64,000 nt of DNA from Octopus vulgaris (Eukaryota): NCBI GenBank assembly GCA_951406725.2, contig OX597829.1, forward strand, positions 36,642,001 to 36,706,000, written 5' to 3'. A program made the position numbers and the translations under genes. Positions 13,000 to 27,722 of this stretch are shown here, piece by piece; positions within the stretch are counted from its first letter, which is position 1, and each line of letters begins with the position of its first letter. The notes under the pieces are model-generated. The model worked only from the letters and a program-made list of their open reading frames with translations, was not told the DNA's origin and did not search any database.

Positions 13000-14020
13000 G
13001 AATTTGCCTACAAAAAAGATAAGGCAGGTATTTTCTGATTATATACATTTATTAAAAAATTATTGCATGCTCTATTATCATTTAGCTTATACATACATGC
13101 ATGCATCCGAGAAGAAAACGGATTCAAGCCATCAATGGAATTGTAAAAATTTGTAAAACTATCCAGAAGTTTATCATGTAAGTATATATACGCATCTGTA
13201 GACAAGCAACTATATACATGAGAAAAACATAGTAACTAGTCAAACACAGATCTTAAGCAAAAGACAATGACATAACCTAAAGAAACTATTAACAAGGGTA
13301 AAATTCATCACGAACAAACAAGATAAAACATTCACAGTATTCAAGTTTAATGATAACAGGTGTGGAACGTGTCAATACATGCATACAGGTAGATCTATTA
13401 GAACAAAAAATAGACAGATTTTCACAAATGGAGAAATGAACTGCAAAAGTAGAAATTTGATCTTCTGCATTAAATGCCCTAATTGCGAGGAACTATATAT
13501 TGGTGAGACAGGAAATGCATTATCGGAATGTTCACGAGTTCACGGACAACAAATCTAGAACATTAATATTCGCTAAATTCCATTGAGTGAACATATAGAA
13601 ACATGTGATCAGAAAATGTTCTAAGTTTTCCTTTCCACAAACTACATGACATTTTAAAATGTTCAAACCTGTTCTGGGCGGAAATAAAAAATAATATAAT
13701 AACCAGTTAATGGTGTGGATTAAAAAAAATATCTTTAAAATATGAATTTAAACAAACTACAGAAGACACTCACCGATTAAAATAAAAACGATTGAAACCA
13801 AGTTTGCTCACTCATAAAACCATTACATGTAAACCGCAAGTTAATTGGTTAAAATAAAGGCGAGATTTATGCCAGTAATATCGGTGCGCCCGACAAACCC
13901 TGACGTTTAAGGTGCATGCTGACTAGTCATTTTACTACATTTATTAAGAACTCAACTGTCAGTTAAATACATTTTGAAGTCTGATGATTACTACGAATGT
14001 AGCAAAGCGATAAATCAACC
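13000..14020 (+). mobile_element. Penelope-like element 3' fragment (GIY-YIG endonuclease remnant plus degenerate HHR)
   Basis: 13466-13560 reads CIKCPNCEELYIGETGNALSECSRVHGQQI, homologous to 44167-44679. CTGATGA followed by a hairpin at 13981-14003. Confidence 0.8.
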
Positions 14021-15859
14021 TTATGAACATTACAAAATATATTTTTAATGTTTAATATACTTCAACATTGGAAAAATCTTTTTTTAAATACAATAATAAA
14101 AAGCGTGAAAACCAGACCATGTTGTTACTTTATTCAAATTATATATATATATGCATGTATGTATGTATGTATGTATGTATGTATGTATGTATGTATGTAT
14201 GTATGTATGTATGTATGTACGTATGTATGTATGTATATGTATATGTATGTATGTGTATATGTATGTATATGTATATATATATATGTACACATACATATAT
14301 GTATGTATATATATATATATGTATAAATACACACACACCGATCTAAATAATAATTTGCTTGTTCGTTTGCCCGTTATACATTAGTTAAAGAGGTGGAGGC
14401 GGAGTGAGTGAGAGGTGAAGTAAGAGTGAGAGAGATAAATAGAGAGGGAGAGAGAATCAGGAGTGAAGAAAGAAGAGAGGAAGAAGTAGAGAAAGACGAT
14501 TAATATTAATACACTTAAGCCAAATGGTCACGTGATCAGCTCAATGTAGTGACGAAGAACGAGAGAAAAAGACGACGAGAGAAAAAAGGGGAGAGAATAG
14601 TGCTAACGACGTGTAGTGTGGCGGGGAAGGAATATTTATTACGTGGTTAAAAAGTTAGCTGAAGGGAAAGGTAGTTAGAGAAGGATAGAAAGGAGAGGCA
14701 GTTATAGTGAGAGAGAGAGAGAGGGGGGAGGGTCAGATAGCGGTATTGTGGTGTGTTGATAGTGAAAAGTATATATTTTTTTAATTAATTTTTTTTATAG
14801 CGACCATGGCATATGCAATTATTTATCGTTTGCTCGCTTAAAAAATTGATATTTGTTTATAAGGGTTGATTTAGCCTAAGCCCTAGATTCACAAGAAACA
14901 CTGTTGCAAGCTGCCCAAGAAAGGATGTGCAGATATAGATCACGGGCCTTAGAGAAACAGTGAAAAGATATAATAAAATGAGGAAAGAAGCATCACCGAT
15001 TGAGACGTGAGGAAATGAATGTAGACGAAGTCAAAAATATTTAAAGAGAGCCTAACAATGTATGGTATAAAAATGTAAATCATCCTTTCTTCTTTAAATA
15101 GGTCCTCATAATGTTTCCATTCCGTGGAATTTCCACGGGTCCCACTGACATATATATTTTCTAATGTACACACACAGACATATATATATAAACGTCAGAC
15201 AGCCCGACTAAGGGTTTCTGGTGAAAATTTTATTGAATAACTCTTTAGTTTAATGTTAAACTATTTTTATGTAACTTGGCAACCTGACATAAAACATTTA
15301 CATACATACATAGTACGTACATACATGCATACATACACATGTACGTATATACATATAGATACGTACATATGTACACACACACACTTTTTACTCATTTTGT
15401 ACAATCTTACTGGTTACAGTCATTGAGCTGCAGTCATTCAGGTGTAGCATCTGGTGGGTTTAGCCAAACAAATCAATCCTGGTACATATTCTTTAAGTCT
15501 AGTACGTATTCTATTGTTGATTTTTGCCGAGACACTATGGTACGGGGATGTAAACAAATCAACACCGTTTGTCAATTAGTGGGGGACAAACACAATCGCA
15601 AAAGTGATCACATACACATATAGATAAATAAATTGGAATAATTGATTGTTGCTTCATACACGTTGCAATGCGAGTGACAACATGTACATAATCGACATTT
15701 ATGTCACCTATCCTCGACTAATGGAGAACTTCGTTGCAGATGTATATAAACATACATAATTTCAGCGACCAGTACGTAAATTTACAAAAGGAATTGTTCT
15801 GAGAAACACTTCAAACGTTTCTTAAGATATTACAGCTGAAGAAGTTTAGATTATATGAG

Positions 15860-16290
15860 AGGCCTTGAAAGTTTCGTGCACTAGTAAAAGAATATATTTT
15901 CGTGGGCCTGTTTCAGCATTTAATTTACTGTGGCTCAAAGAAGAGATATCCACATAGCCACCCTGCCAAATAAAAGATAGAGGCTGATTCTCAAGTAGGA
16001 TCCCACTAACAGCCTAACGCTTGCAGTTTATTATATTTTTTCAGCATAATCTTTGCAGTTTCAAAAGCTTGTAAAGAGTCATTTCAAATTTGATCCACGT
16101 TGGGTAAATTTCTCGATCGACCAGAGAAAAAAGTGTTGAAGACTAATCCATCAAACTCGATTTGATCTTCAGATAAATTTGAGTTGCGCCTTTAATGTGA
16201 AATCTTCATCACTCATGACTCATCTATGTTTAGTTTTGGCCATAGAGCTTGATCCGTTCTAAAAGTCTTCTTTTTAACTGTTAAAAGATA
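15860..16290 (-). mobile_element. Possible decayed Tc1/mariner-superfamily (maT-like) transposase remnant
   Basis: RLLERIK and SDEDFTLKAQ remnants only. Confidence 0.3.
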
Positions 16291-18071
16291 CTGAAATCAC
16301 AACATATGGGAGCAAGCAATAGATGTATTTTCTACACAGTAGACATCTGAATTTTGAATTAGCTGAAATGTTACTTGAAAGTAGCTCTAACTGCAGCAAA
16401 AAATGTATTATTTTAGATTTTGTTTTCGTCATTATTGAAGTTGTTTCTGTCGTAGTATAATTGTTGTCTTCATCATCGGCGCTGTTGTTTGTATAGTTGT
16501 CATCATTGTCGCCTTCATTGCAAATGTTTCAGTTCTTTTGATCTGTAGTGGGAATATATAGTCAGTACAAGGTTTTGATGCGGCTGCGTGTATGTTATTA
16601 CAATAGTCCATAAAGAAATGAAGAATAAATTCAAGATCTATATATTTTATTTACTGGTCAATGATACACAGAATCAATATGTAGGATCTAGTTGAATGAA
16701 GTAATTTATACAAGAAAGTTCAGAGATAGAAAATGTAGAAATAATAGCTAAGTGGTGGTTTTCAGTCATGTAACATAGAGAAATAGACGGACACAGCAAT
16801 GACGTGAATGGCGTTAAGTCTAATCGACAGGGTTAGCAAGCTGTTTTAGAAATTTCCAAAAGAAATGCTACGCTTCTTGAATAATTAAGAATCACGTCTC
16901 ATGACACAGATGCTTCGAGAAACTTAGAAAGGGAGATTACTCTATAATCTTTTTTGCGAGGGAAATCATTCAACTATCTAGCTACCGCTACGGGTCCATT
17001 ATTGCGTCAGCAGTTTTTCTAGCTGCAACTATAGTTTTCATAACTGTAGTTATTATTGATATCGTTGTAGCAACATTTATCTTGTAATTTTACTGTGTGC
17101 TCTTTTTTATGTTATTTTCTTCATTATTCTTATCTATATATTTTTAAGCTGGTGTTGTGTGAATATCTTTCAATATTGTTTTTGCTTCAATTTGGCTTCA
17201 AAAAACAACGTCATGGAAATAATAAATACAATCTTTTAAAGCCAAGTTGGTCCTATGACATTTTCTCTTTTGAGTTAATGAAAGAGAAATATTAAATATC
17301 AATTCAAACTTAGTGATGAGATGAAAAATGCTATTGTGATATCCAGAATATATATGCATTTTTAGAGAATTCTTCCCCTGTGAAAGAGATACTAAATATA
17401 CATACATATATATACACACATGGCCGCAGTCAAATGACTAAAACAAGTAAAAGAAAAAGAGAATACATACATACATACATACATACATACATACATACAT
17501 ACATACATACATACATACATGCATGCATACATACATGCATAAAGGCATGCATGCATGCATGCATACATACATGCATACATACATACATACATACATACAT
17601 ACATACATACATACATACATACATACATACATACATGCATATGTGGGTGTGTTATGTCTATATGTGTGCGCGTGTGCGTCACCGAACGCATTTTCGTCTT
17701 TCATAGTTTGCTTTCATAGGAAGATTCACTTCTAACTGCATTGTTTTATTATTCCAAAATTTGGATTAGGAAATATTGTTGGAGCTGTCTCCTTTGCATT
17801 GAACCCAACATTGTGGACTCCTGTGCCAAATAAAATAAATTATAAACACATACATGCACAAGTATGCGCATAAATAAATAGGTATATGTACATATGCTGT
17901 GCATAAGCACACAAATACACATGTGCGCGCACACACTATATTATATATAAGTATTGAAACACACATATATATATATAAATATTGAGCCGTACATTTTCTT
18001 ATTCATTTAGTGATAAATAAATTATTTGGCATCAATAATATATACTCTTATCGATATATTTATGCTTGAAC

Positions 18072-18304
18072 AAGGCGGCGAGGTGGCAGAAACGTTAGCA
18101 CGCCGGGCGAAATGCGTAGCTGTATTTCGTCTGCCGTTACGTTCTGAGTTCAAATTCCGCCGAGGTCGACTTTGCCTTTCATCCTCCCTGAGTCAATAAA
18201 TAAAGTACCAGTTTCGCACTGGGGTCGATGTAATCGACTTAATCCGTTTGTCTGTCCTTGTTTGTCCCCTCTATGTTTATCCCCTTGTGGGAAGTAAAGA
18301 AATA
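18072..18304 (+). mobile_element. SINE family B with 14-bp TSD
   Basis: Flanked by tatgcttgaacaag at 18061-18074 and 18305-18318. Confidence 0.92.
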
Positions 18305-18307
18305 TAT

Positions 18308-18710
18308 GCTTGAACAAGAATATTGTTGACAGTGACTTCGAAGTTTAACCCATCGTTGGGCTGCAATACATAAAAGTTAATCTGGGCTTTATATAGTTTG
18401 TTGCGTTAAAATCTTCCTTGTGTGGCGGGTGGAGTTGAGTGGGGTGGTATTTAGGTTTTAGGGTGAGTTGTTATGGAAAAATTTGTTAGTGACTAAATCT
18501 GGTGTTATGTTATTGTTCGGAATGTACAAATGTATGTAAAGCTTTGTAAGAGCATCTTTAGGAGTATCTATTTGTCAGGGAGTCACAGGTTGTGTTAGTA
18601 CTTCGGTTATTTGGGGATTTATAGGATTATAAAATCTAATGCATCGCAGTCCAACGATGGCTTAATTGACCGAAACCTCCGAGTCACTGTTGACAACAGT
18701 CTTATTTAAG
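18308..18710 (+). mobile_element. Fold-back unit with degenerate HHR (18646-18690)
   Basis: 18308-18380 is a diverged inverse of 18626-18710. Motif reads gcagt CCAACGA tgg..cc GAAAC ctccga GTC actgt. Confidence 0.6.
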
Positions 18711-18887
18711 AATAAACTTATACTCCACAAAAGGATAGAGTAACTCTATTATTATAACTAAACATAAAAACACATTAACATATATGTGTGTTTGTATGTA
18801 TGCGTGTGTGCGTGTGAGTGTATCTATATCTATCTGTCTATATATATATATATAAGTGTATACACTCACACATACAAACACACACAC

Positions 18888-18965
<78 letters not shown>

Positions 18966-21900
18966 CACTCACATTATTTTTGTTTTTCACATGCAAAAAT
19001 ATGAATAATAACAAAATTAAGCTAAATTGATGACAAGCTGACCAGATTTAATGTCTCTATGTGTATTGGTGTATCTCTTCAGAACACTAACGCTCTCCAT
19101 AAGTAAGAAAGTTCAGCTATAATTCTCATTTGAAAACGAAATTTAATCAATTAAATAAAATATTTGAATACCACTGACAATATCTTTAATCATGTGCTAG
19201 AGTTAAACACCAATATATTCCGTTATTTTATCTTTTTGAAATGTAAAAGAACATTAATGAAAATCTTATAAAATATTCTCACTTAAGAGAAATAAATAAA
19301 TAAATAAATAAATAAATCATTTTTTTTTCTAAACGAAACAAATAAAATCGTAAGGCTTGTTAAATTAGAATTCGTTAGAATAGTTATTGTTGTTATTGTT
19401 GCTTGTGATTTTATTTCCCAAAATTTAGTTTTAGATTTTTTTTTCTTCCATTCTTCTCTACTTTCTGTCTTTCTTTCTCATTTCTTTCTTCCTTAGTTCA
19501 ATATTTGTTTTCTTTATTTATTTCTTACTTTGTAAAATAACAAACCTGTTTTTAGAAAATCGAAGACATTTTTCATTGAATCAGTAAATGTATACATTTA
19601 AAAACGTTCGAATATTATGTATTTAATAGCAGTTGAATCTGAAACATCCCACGAAAAACTAAATGATTCATACAATAAATATCAGATAGAAACACGCAAA
19701 AGGAGATGAAAAATGAAAAATAAAAAATATAAATATATCAAAATCTCAGTAACAACTATTAACAATAAGTTAATTATTATAATTCAGTTATTTTTCTTAT
19801 CGTTTATCTTTAATTATTTCTATTTTAGTTTCGGTTTTCATTTCTTTTCCTTTTGCATCATTCATCATACTACTACTGTTCTTAATATTTAAGAACAGCT
19901 TGGGAAATTGATCTGTTTACATTCATAAAGCTTATTATTGAAACAAGAAAGAGAAAATATGAACTTTTGCATTTCTAATAAAAAAAAAACAACAAAGAGA
20001 AAAATTCGTTATGTTTAAAGGTCTGTAGAGTGAAAAGTATTTCTTTGTCAAGAAATATTATTTATTGCGATAAAGCTTATATAAAAATGGTATCAAATCC
20101 GTTCCAACTTGAACTGATATAATGAACTACAAATCAATCTCAATGGTTAGCATTAAACAAAATGAAATAAAAATGTCTATCAGCATCTCCTATCTTAAGT
20201 GTTAGTCACATTATAACTTGAAGGAGTAGTGTTATTGTAAATTAAAGGGACAGTTTGAGTATGAAGTATATATATCATATGTATGTATGTACGTATGTAT
20301 GTATGTATGTATGTATGTATGTATGTATGTATGTATGTATGTATGTGTGTGTGTGTGTAAGTACACAAACATATATCTATGTTCATATTCATGTATGTGT
20401 GTATATACATTTTATAAATATTTATTTTTACATACATATATATATACATAAGACATTATGCATACAATAGGTCATCCATACAAACCTCACCGAATGGTCT
20501 GGTGGGCCACATTTCAGATTTGCTTCAAAATTTAACAATAGAAAACTTGTACGGAGAAAACAGAACCCTGAAAATTTCAGGTCAGTGGTTCAATCCATTC
20601 CAAAGTTATCGACGTTTGAAATTTAACTACAATTAGCGAAAATATTAATGCATACTTAAAGAGTTTTAGATTCTTTGATAATTTTCTTAAATTTTGATGA
20701 TTGGTGTAGATTTGGAAGGAATTGTTTGGCCGAATGTAACAAAACATTCAAACATGTCTGAGCAACCACAACCATGTGAATATGTATGTAAGGACAGGAG
20801 TGGTTCTGTGCTCAGAATGTTTGCCTCCTAACTACGTGATTCCAGATTCAGTCTTACTGCGTGGAACTTTGGGCAATAGTCTTCTACAATATTTTCGGGC
20901 CAACCAAAAATTTACGAGCCAATATGGAGATAGAAATTGAAAAAGACTCCCGACATGTGTGTGTGTATATATATATTACGGAGTTGTACTTCATAGCATG
21001 TGACCTGATCTGAAATCATGTGCTGAGACAAGTCAGTGAAGCTGTCGGTATACAGGAATAATACAAATCCACCCTCAACCGTAAATCCGAATGGGGTAAC
21101 AACCAGATTTCACTCGGGAGTACCCATCTATAACCACCCCTTTCTCTCATTTACATGTAGAGATGCATACATACATGTTTAGATGCATGATACTGAAATA
21201 CATATATGCAGTTATATATAATCGTATGAGTGTACATAGATTAATACTATGTACGTATGTGTAGATGTATGTGTATTTCGGCGTGCGTGTGTATGTGTTG
21301 TGTGTTGTGTGAGTATGTGTGTGTATGAGTGTGTGCATGCATGCACGTATGAGTATGTGTGTACATATATGTTTATATCATATATATACATGTATGTATG
21401 CACATATATATGTAAGTAAATAAAAAAATTTTTAAATTAAAAAGACTAATTTGAATTTTAACAGCTGTCTGCGAAAATAGTGACATATATGCTTAGATGG
21501 ATAAGCATATATATGTGTATACTTTAAGATTATACATATATATGTGAATGTGTATACGTGTTTATATGATTGTGTGCGCTTGTACATAAGTATAGATAGG
21601 TTCATATTTGCATGTATGTATCTAAGACATTGTATTCATTCACCGTTGGACGGTAGTGAGAAGGACATACGCACACACACATATATATGTGTGTGTATAT
21701 ATATGTGTGTGTGTATATATATACAACCTTCGACAGAGTAACAGTCATGTATACAACTTGAACAGACATACATTTCAGTACATTAACATACGTTCACATG
21801 TACGCACACACAGACACGTCTACACACTTACATACCTAAATACTCACATTCAAGTACATACGTACATACATACATGCGCATAGGCATGCACCCATGCATA

Positions 21901-22348
21901 CGCATGTACACATATGCATACGCACATGCTTACATGTACACATACATACATACATACATACATACATACATACATACATACATACATACATACATACATA
22001 CATACATACGTACATACGTACATACGTACATATATATCATGAACTAACTTATTTTCTCAGATGCAGCACAAAATTTTGTCAGTGAACAGGTCGCGATCTC
22101 AAAGCGACGAAAATATTTTGGCAAATTAAATTTAAATCTTGAACTGAATCTAATGGTTTTTGTGTGTGTTTTAAATGGCTTATAAACACCTTACACGCTG
22201 CAATTGTTTACATATATATATATATATATATCATGATCCAAGGATGTTTGCAAAAGGGACATGAAAGCCTACAACATCAATATTAGCAACTGGGAAGCAG
22301 TTGCCAGCAACTGTGTGTGTGTGTATATATATGTATATATCTGTTATA

Positions 22349-22401
<53 letters not shown>

Positions 22402-22430
22402 ATGTGTATATATATGTGTGTGTGTGTGTG

Positions 22431-22815
22431 TATTAATAGTTATCGGCGAGTTAATATGGCAGTCCATAAATATGGGACGAATGCTGCCGTTGATTAGCTC
22501 CAAGAGGCCATCGCCTCTAGCTAGCTATGTGACACACAAACCTGTGTCCATTATAACCTTCCAACAGGGGAGGTCAGCCACTTCCCCTTGTTGGCCAGGC
22601 ATCTGCAGACTAGTTTCAGGGTATTTGCCCTTTATCAATGCAGATCAGCCGAACCCAGCAGGCATCGCTACTGACCGTCAGTTCGAAGGTTATAATGGAC
22701 ACAGGTTTGTGTGTCACATAGCTAGCTAGAGGCGATGGCCTCTTGGAGCTAATCAACGGCAGCATTCGTCCTATATTTATTGACTGCCATATTAGCTTGG
22801 CGATAACTATTAATA
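22431..22815. mobile_element. Fold-back element with 131-bp inverted arms and a 123-bp spacer
   Basis: 22431-22561 pairs with 22685-22815, about 5 mismatches by eye. Confidence 0.9.
22601..22645 (-). ncRNA. Degenerate minimal hammerhead ribozyme
   Basis: Minus strand: atctgca TTGATAA aggg caaata ccct GAAAC ta GTC tgcagat. Stems are perfect; the core has two transitions relative to CTGATGA. Confidence 0.7.
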
Positions 22816-23399
22816 TCCAGTACTGCTGCCGAAGTCTCCTTTAGAGAGACTTAGAAATAATTATATATATATATATATACACCGTTATATTTTAGAATAA
22901 TACATGCTTACTATTGATTTCCAGTAGCCGTGCATAATGATATATGGTAACCGGCCGGAGTTAGCTGCAGCATACCTACACACATATGTGGCCCAGCGAA
23001 TTCTTTCCTCATAACTTACAGAAAAAAGGATATTTTCAATGAAATGTTCTACAATGGTGGTGCCCCAGCATGCCCACAGCTCATGAGCTGAAACTAGATC
23101 AAAACAAATACGCTTCAGATGGTGCCAATTCTGATTATATCGAAATGTGTTCTGAAATAAAGTTTTCGAAAATATACGAGCGAAGCCATTGCTAGAAAGG
23201 ACCCTGAAAATGAGTCATTGATATTTCAATGTGAGGTTAACGATTCTACCAGCTTGCCGCCTTAATAATGTTTGCTTTATTAACCACTAAGTGTTCACAA
23301 AAAACATTGGAGACGGTTCAAGATAATACAAGGTGTGCAAAAATTAAAAGATTAGTAACAATATAAAATTATAAGAATAAATAATTTCTCAAAAGTGGG

Positions 23400-24570
23400 A
23401 AACTTCTTCAAGTTACTCTTGGAGCCTCTACAAAACCACGGTCACCCTGACCACTTGAACACGTGTCCTCACCACATCTTCTTCCTTTAACCTACAGGAG
23501 TACGCTTAGAGTACACCCGTTCATTCGGACCAATTTTGCAGCATTCACCTGTCTTTTAACAAAAATTGCAGGGAGGCGGCACCTTCCTCTCTACTCTCAC
23601 TTTCCGTTTTAAATGGAACTTGAAAAAGTTGATGAGGGCTTGGCCAGAAAAGAAAGTATCTGTTGCCCTACACGCATCTCGGAGAAGCCCGGCTTACAGC
23701 ACTTTCATATCTATAGAGTTTATCCTAAACTGATAATGAACCCGGTAGCACTGCCAACCAAGGATTTCTGGAAATTATCCGTAGGCTCCGGCCTCCAAAA
23801 CGGATCAGAGTCTCTCCGAGAAGATCGTTGTGCTTGTATGCCACTAACCCTCTATAGAATGTCAGAGGCTGAACTTCCACTAGTCACATTGTCCAATTGA
23901 CAGAGGACTGTAAGCGCCTGACAACACTCTAGGTGTCAGGCATCCTACTTCAGTCTATACTTGATTCAGGACTGCAGCTCAGTCAAAAGTGCTGTGGAAA
24001 ACCTTACCTGAGAAAAGGCCAACACACTTGCTCACCGTCAAAGAAGTGCTGGAGATGTTGTAGCCTCAGTCCATACGTATCGGTAACCCGGGCATGCCCA
24101 GTCCTCCAGCTAGCCATCCGGTATTGACAGAAAATGGAGTAACTGACAAGTGGAACGCGCCACTTCCACAAAAAGAGAAAGATTGTTCGCTCCACTTTGG
24201 TCAGACGTAAAGTGGGGCAAGGCACAATAGTCTGGCGGTAATATATAACGGAGACGAGGTAAACATTCGCCACTTCTGCCCGACCTTTCAGGGATAGCTT
24301 TCTCTCAGTCCATTTCTGGGTGAGATTCGTCCCCCTGCTCGTCGCTTCGTCCCAGTTCTTCTCCACCTAGAGATCCGGTGCAATTCGACCCCGACAAATT
24401 TGATATAAGCAAGCAATTTGACGTTACTGAACGACATGGATTTGCCTCTCCGTATGCCTAGCTGCGAACCATTTGATTTTTTTGTGGTTAATTTTTGCTC
24501 TCGTTACCGCCTCGAATTTAATTAGAGCAGTGCTGATCAGGTTTATGTGCCTGGCATTCGACACTATGAC
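23400..24570 (-). mobile_element. Tx1/L1-like LINE ORF2 3' fragment
   Basis: FEAVTRAKINHKK and KWTERKLSLKGRAEVANVY..IYY..ERTIFLFLW, the typical L1/Tx1 post-RT region. Confidence 0.82.
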
Positions 24571-24589
24571 TGAAGATATAAACTTCTTG

Positions 24590-26222
24590 AACAGTGTAGT
24601 ATCAATGCTTGTCAAGAAAAGAAATGGAGGACTTAAGAATTAATGGAAATTCGAATAAGTTAGGAAGAAGTATGGTGTAGATACAAAAGGCCTGAATGTT
24701 GTAATTCAAGAACTGAAGCAGCGCATACGTGTAAAAAATACAAAGCTAACTAGGTTTGAAAAGCAGATTAGGCAATACCGGCAAAAACAAATTGTTTAGA
24801 ACCGGCCAAAAGAGATTTTATCAAGGGATTAATGACGATAAAAAATGTGAAAGATTAGTCTCTGATGTTGATGAAAGTCGACTTGTTTGGGGTAAGATAT
24901 GGAGTAAACAAGAACAACACAATACTACAGCTGAATGGCTCTGCAGCCTGAAGCAGACAGCTTTTTATCACTAGTAAGAGGCTAACCACTTCACAGAAGA
25001 CAGTATCAGAAGTATGAATAAAAAGATAAGCAATTGGAAAGCAACAACACTTAATGGTGTACAGGAATTTTGGATAAAAAGGCTCAGTACTTGCCATAAA
25101 TTGATCGCAGAGCAATTTAATGGAGAAGAAATCCCGGGCTGGTTGACAAAAGGACGAACGGTGTTGTGCCTGAAGGATGCATCAAAGGGAAATGTTGCTA
25201 ACAATTACAGACCAATTTCCTGCCTCCCATTAATGTGGAAGTTACTGTCAGAAGGAATTGCAGAAGAACTGTATAAATTTCTGGATGACAACGATATATT
25301 ACCGCCAGAACAAAAAGGCTAAGGAGTTGCAGAGGTATAAAAGATTAGCTATTGATAGAGAAAATGTTAATGCCAGGTTGTAAACAAAGGAGAACAAATC
25401 TGAGAATGGCCTGGACTGACTATCGCAAAGCTTATGATATGATTCCAAATCCGTAGAACATCGAGTTCTTAGATCTATTTGGAATTACGAGGAATGTAGC
25501 GTAAAAACTAAACTGATATCTCAGGGAAAAAGATTGGGCACACTGGGCATCCGAAGAGGAATTTTACAGGATAATAACATATCTCCGTTGCTTTTTGTTC
25601 TCTGCATGATATCTCTGACTTTGGTACTTAGGAAAATGAACCAGGGTATGAACTAAAGTAAAAATCCCAAACAATCAACTACCTCCTCTTCCTGAATGAT
25701 GTGAAACTGTATGGCAAAGATGAGACACAAGTTAGTTCCTTGGTGAACACGGTCCACTGTTTTAGTACTGATATTAGAATGGAATTTGGACCCGAGAAGT
25801 GTGGAATAAGGTAGCTAAACGTACCTAAAAAGAGGTAAGGTACAGGCCCTAGTAGGGTTAGAATTACCGAATAGAGACTTGATTAAGCAAATTGAAACGG
25901 AAGGATACAGGTACCTTGGAATACTAGAGTTCAACGAGATAGTGGAAAAGGAAACGGAAAAAGATGGAGTGTTTCCAAAGACTGAAGTTGATGCTGCTCT
26001 CAAAATTGACTGGATGGGAAAATGTTTACAGTACACGGAGCCTTCCACCCTAAGAGTGACACCGATAAGCTGCACCTGTCCAGAAGAAAGGGTAGAAGAG
26101 GTTTAATCAGTTGTCAGGACTGTATCGAAGCAGAGGAAAACAGCCTAGAGTGGCATATAAAAAATGGCGTGGAGCCATTGTTGAAAAACACGAAGAAGGC
26201 CGGCGTCATCAAAACGGAAAAT
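24590..26222 (+). mobile_element. R4/Dong-like LINE RT region, decayed
   Basis: [81 protein letters not shown]. Confidence 0.92.
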
Positions 26223-26459
26223 TACATATGTATATATGTAATTTTTGGACAATTAGTGTGTTGACGTTTTGAGCACAGTTTGAGCGACTTGATGGCATCC
26301 TCTGGTAGGATATATTCCGTTGGATCTAGCTTAGAAATTCTGTAATGTTAGTTGAGATAATAATCGACAAGATGGATTTGGTATTAATACGGCGATCGTT
26401 TTGACCCATCCTGCGACAATACAGAAATTAGCTTCTCTAATTTCTGTATTGTCAGAAAA

Positions 26460-27265
26460 TAGAGAATCAGCAGATGGAACGTTTGAGCGCTTGGACGCTA
26501 ATAAGATGGGTGAGGGTGAAATTCAAAGCCAAGAAATCTCGAAATGTGGCATTCATGAAAGGAATCCAAAAAGAAGTGAAGTTCAGGATAGGAGACGAAG
26601 ATACACCCATGGTGAAAGAACAACCAGTAAAAAGTCTCGGCAAATGGTACAGAGATTTATTAAACGAAAGAAGCAAAGCATAGAGACAGACGATTTAGTG
26701 GAACAGGGACTAAAGACAATTGACAGGACAACATTACCGGGGGAATTCAAATGCTGGATACTGCAATTTGGATTATATCCAAGGATAATGTGGCCACTGA
26801 ATATGTACGAAATAGCCTTGAGTAGAGTAGAAGAGATGGAACAAAGGTGCAGTATGTTTATCAGAAAATGGCTTGGTCTTCCAAAATCACTGAACACAAC
26901 TGCACTATATGGAAAACTCGTGCTGCAACTACCAATAACATCAATCGTTGAAGAATATAAGGCAGAAAAGGCGAGGACAGTAATGATGCTAAGATATTCG
27001 AAAGATCAGAACACCCGAGTAAACTCTCCAACGGTACGGACAGGGAGGAAATGGAAAGTAGAAGAAGCAGTAAACAGATCGATCGGAAAGCTAAGGCACG
27101 CCGATATAGTCGGAGCAACGTAAAAAGTTTCAAACCATTTTGCATGGACAATGTAAAAGAGGTGAAAGAGGCAGGGATATACGAAGTGAAAAAGGAGGAA
27201 AAAGAAAGGCGAAATGTACATTTGTTGCAATGTAGTCAACAGGTACAGTGCCTGAGATGGGAAGA
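26460..27265 (+). mobile_element. HERO-like (RLE-type) non-LTR retrotransposon fragment
   Basis: KFKAKKSR..EQPVKSLGKWY, then LPGEFKCWILQFGLYPRIMWPL..IRKWLGLP..LQLP..EEYK..VRTGRKW. One frameshift between the blocks. Confidence 0.8.
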
Positions 27266-27274
27266 ATATATGGT

Positions 27275-27420
27275 CAGTCTATCTTCAGGTGTTATAAATC
27301 CTTGCACGAAGATAAGTGATTTGAACATGTCCTGAATGAGATCCTGGAGTTTGAAATTTCCGCACATACGGTTGAATACACCGGCGTAGGTGATACATAT
27401 ACCGGCTGGGAAATAGCGTC
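27275..27420 (-). mobile_element. Ty3/Gypsy gag fragment
   Basis: ITYAGVFNRMCGNFKL..MFKSLIFVQGFITPED is homologous to the gag at 57586-57939. Confidence 0.8.
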
Positions 27421-27722
27421 GATAGGTTTGGCTGACTGGCACTTAGACAGCGTTGCTACTTGACAGGTGGACCGAGGGAACCATCTCGTTCAATGCATGC
27501 CTTCCTCCACGATAGTTCAAAGGCTTGTATCACAAGACAGCTAGTCGGTACTGGCTGTTGGAGCTAAAACTAACACGACTCTGTTAGAGGTTAGGTCTAG
27601 AGAAAGCACGGACCAAAACTACGCGCTCTTCCCCTCCATTGGTTAGTTGAAGCTTAGACTGTGTCACGTGACAGTTAGCTGGCGTTGGCTGCTGGAGTCT
27701 ACCGGCGAGTATTTAAAGAGAA

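Noticed and set aside
20469-20760. Possible DNA-transposon end
   Set aside because: No matching second TIR or TSD found.
26401-27123. 240-aa ORF as a functional gene
   Set aside because: Its N-terminal third is out of frame with the LINE homology; it is a frameshifted HERO-like fragment.
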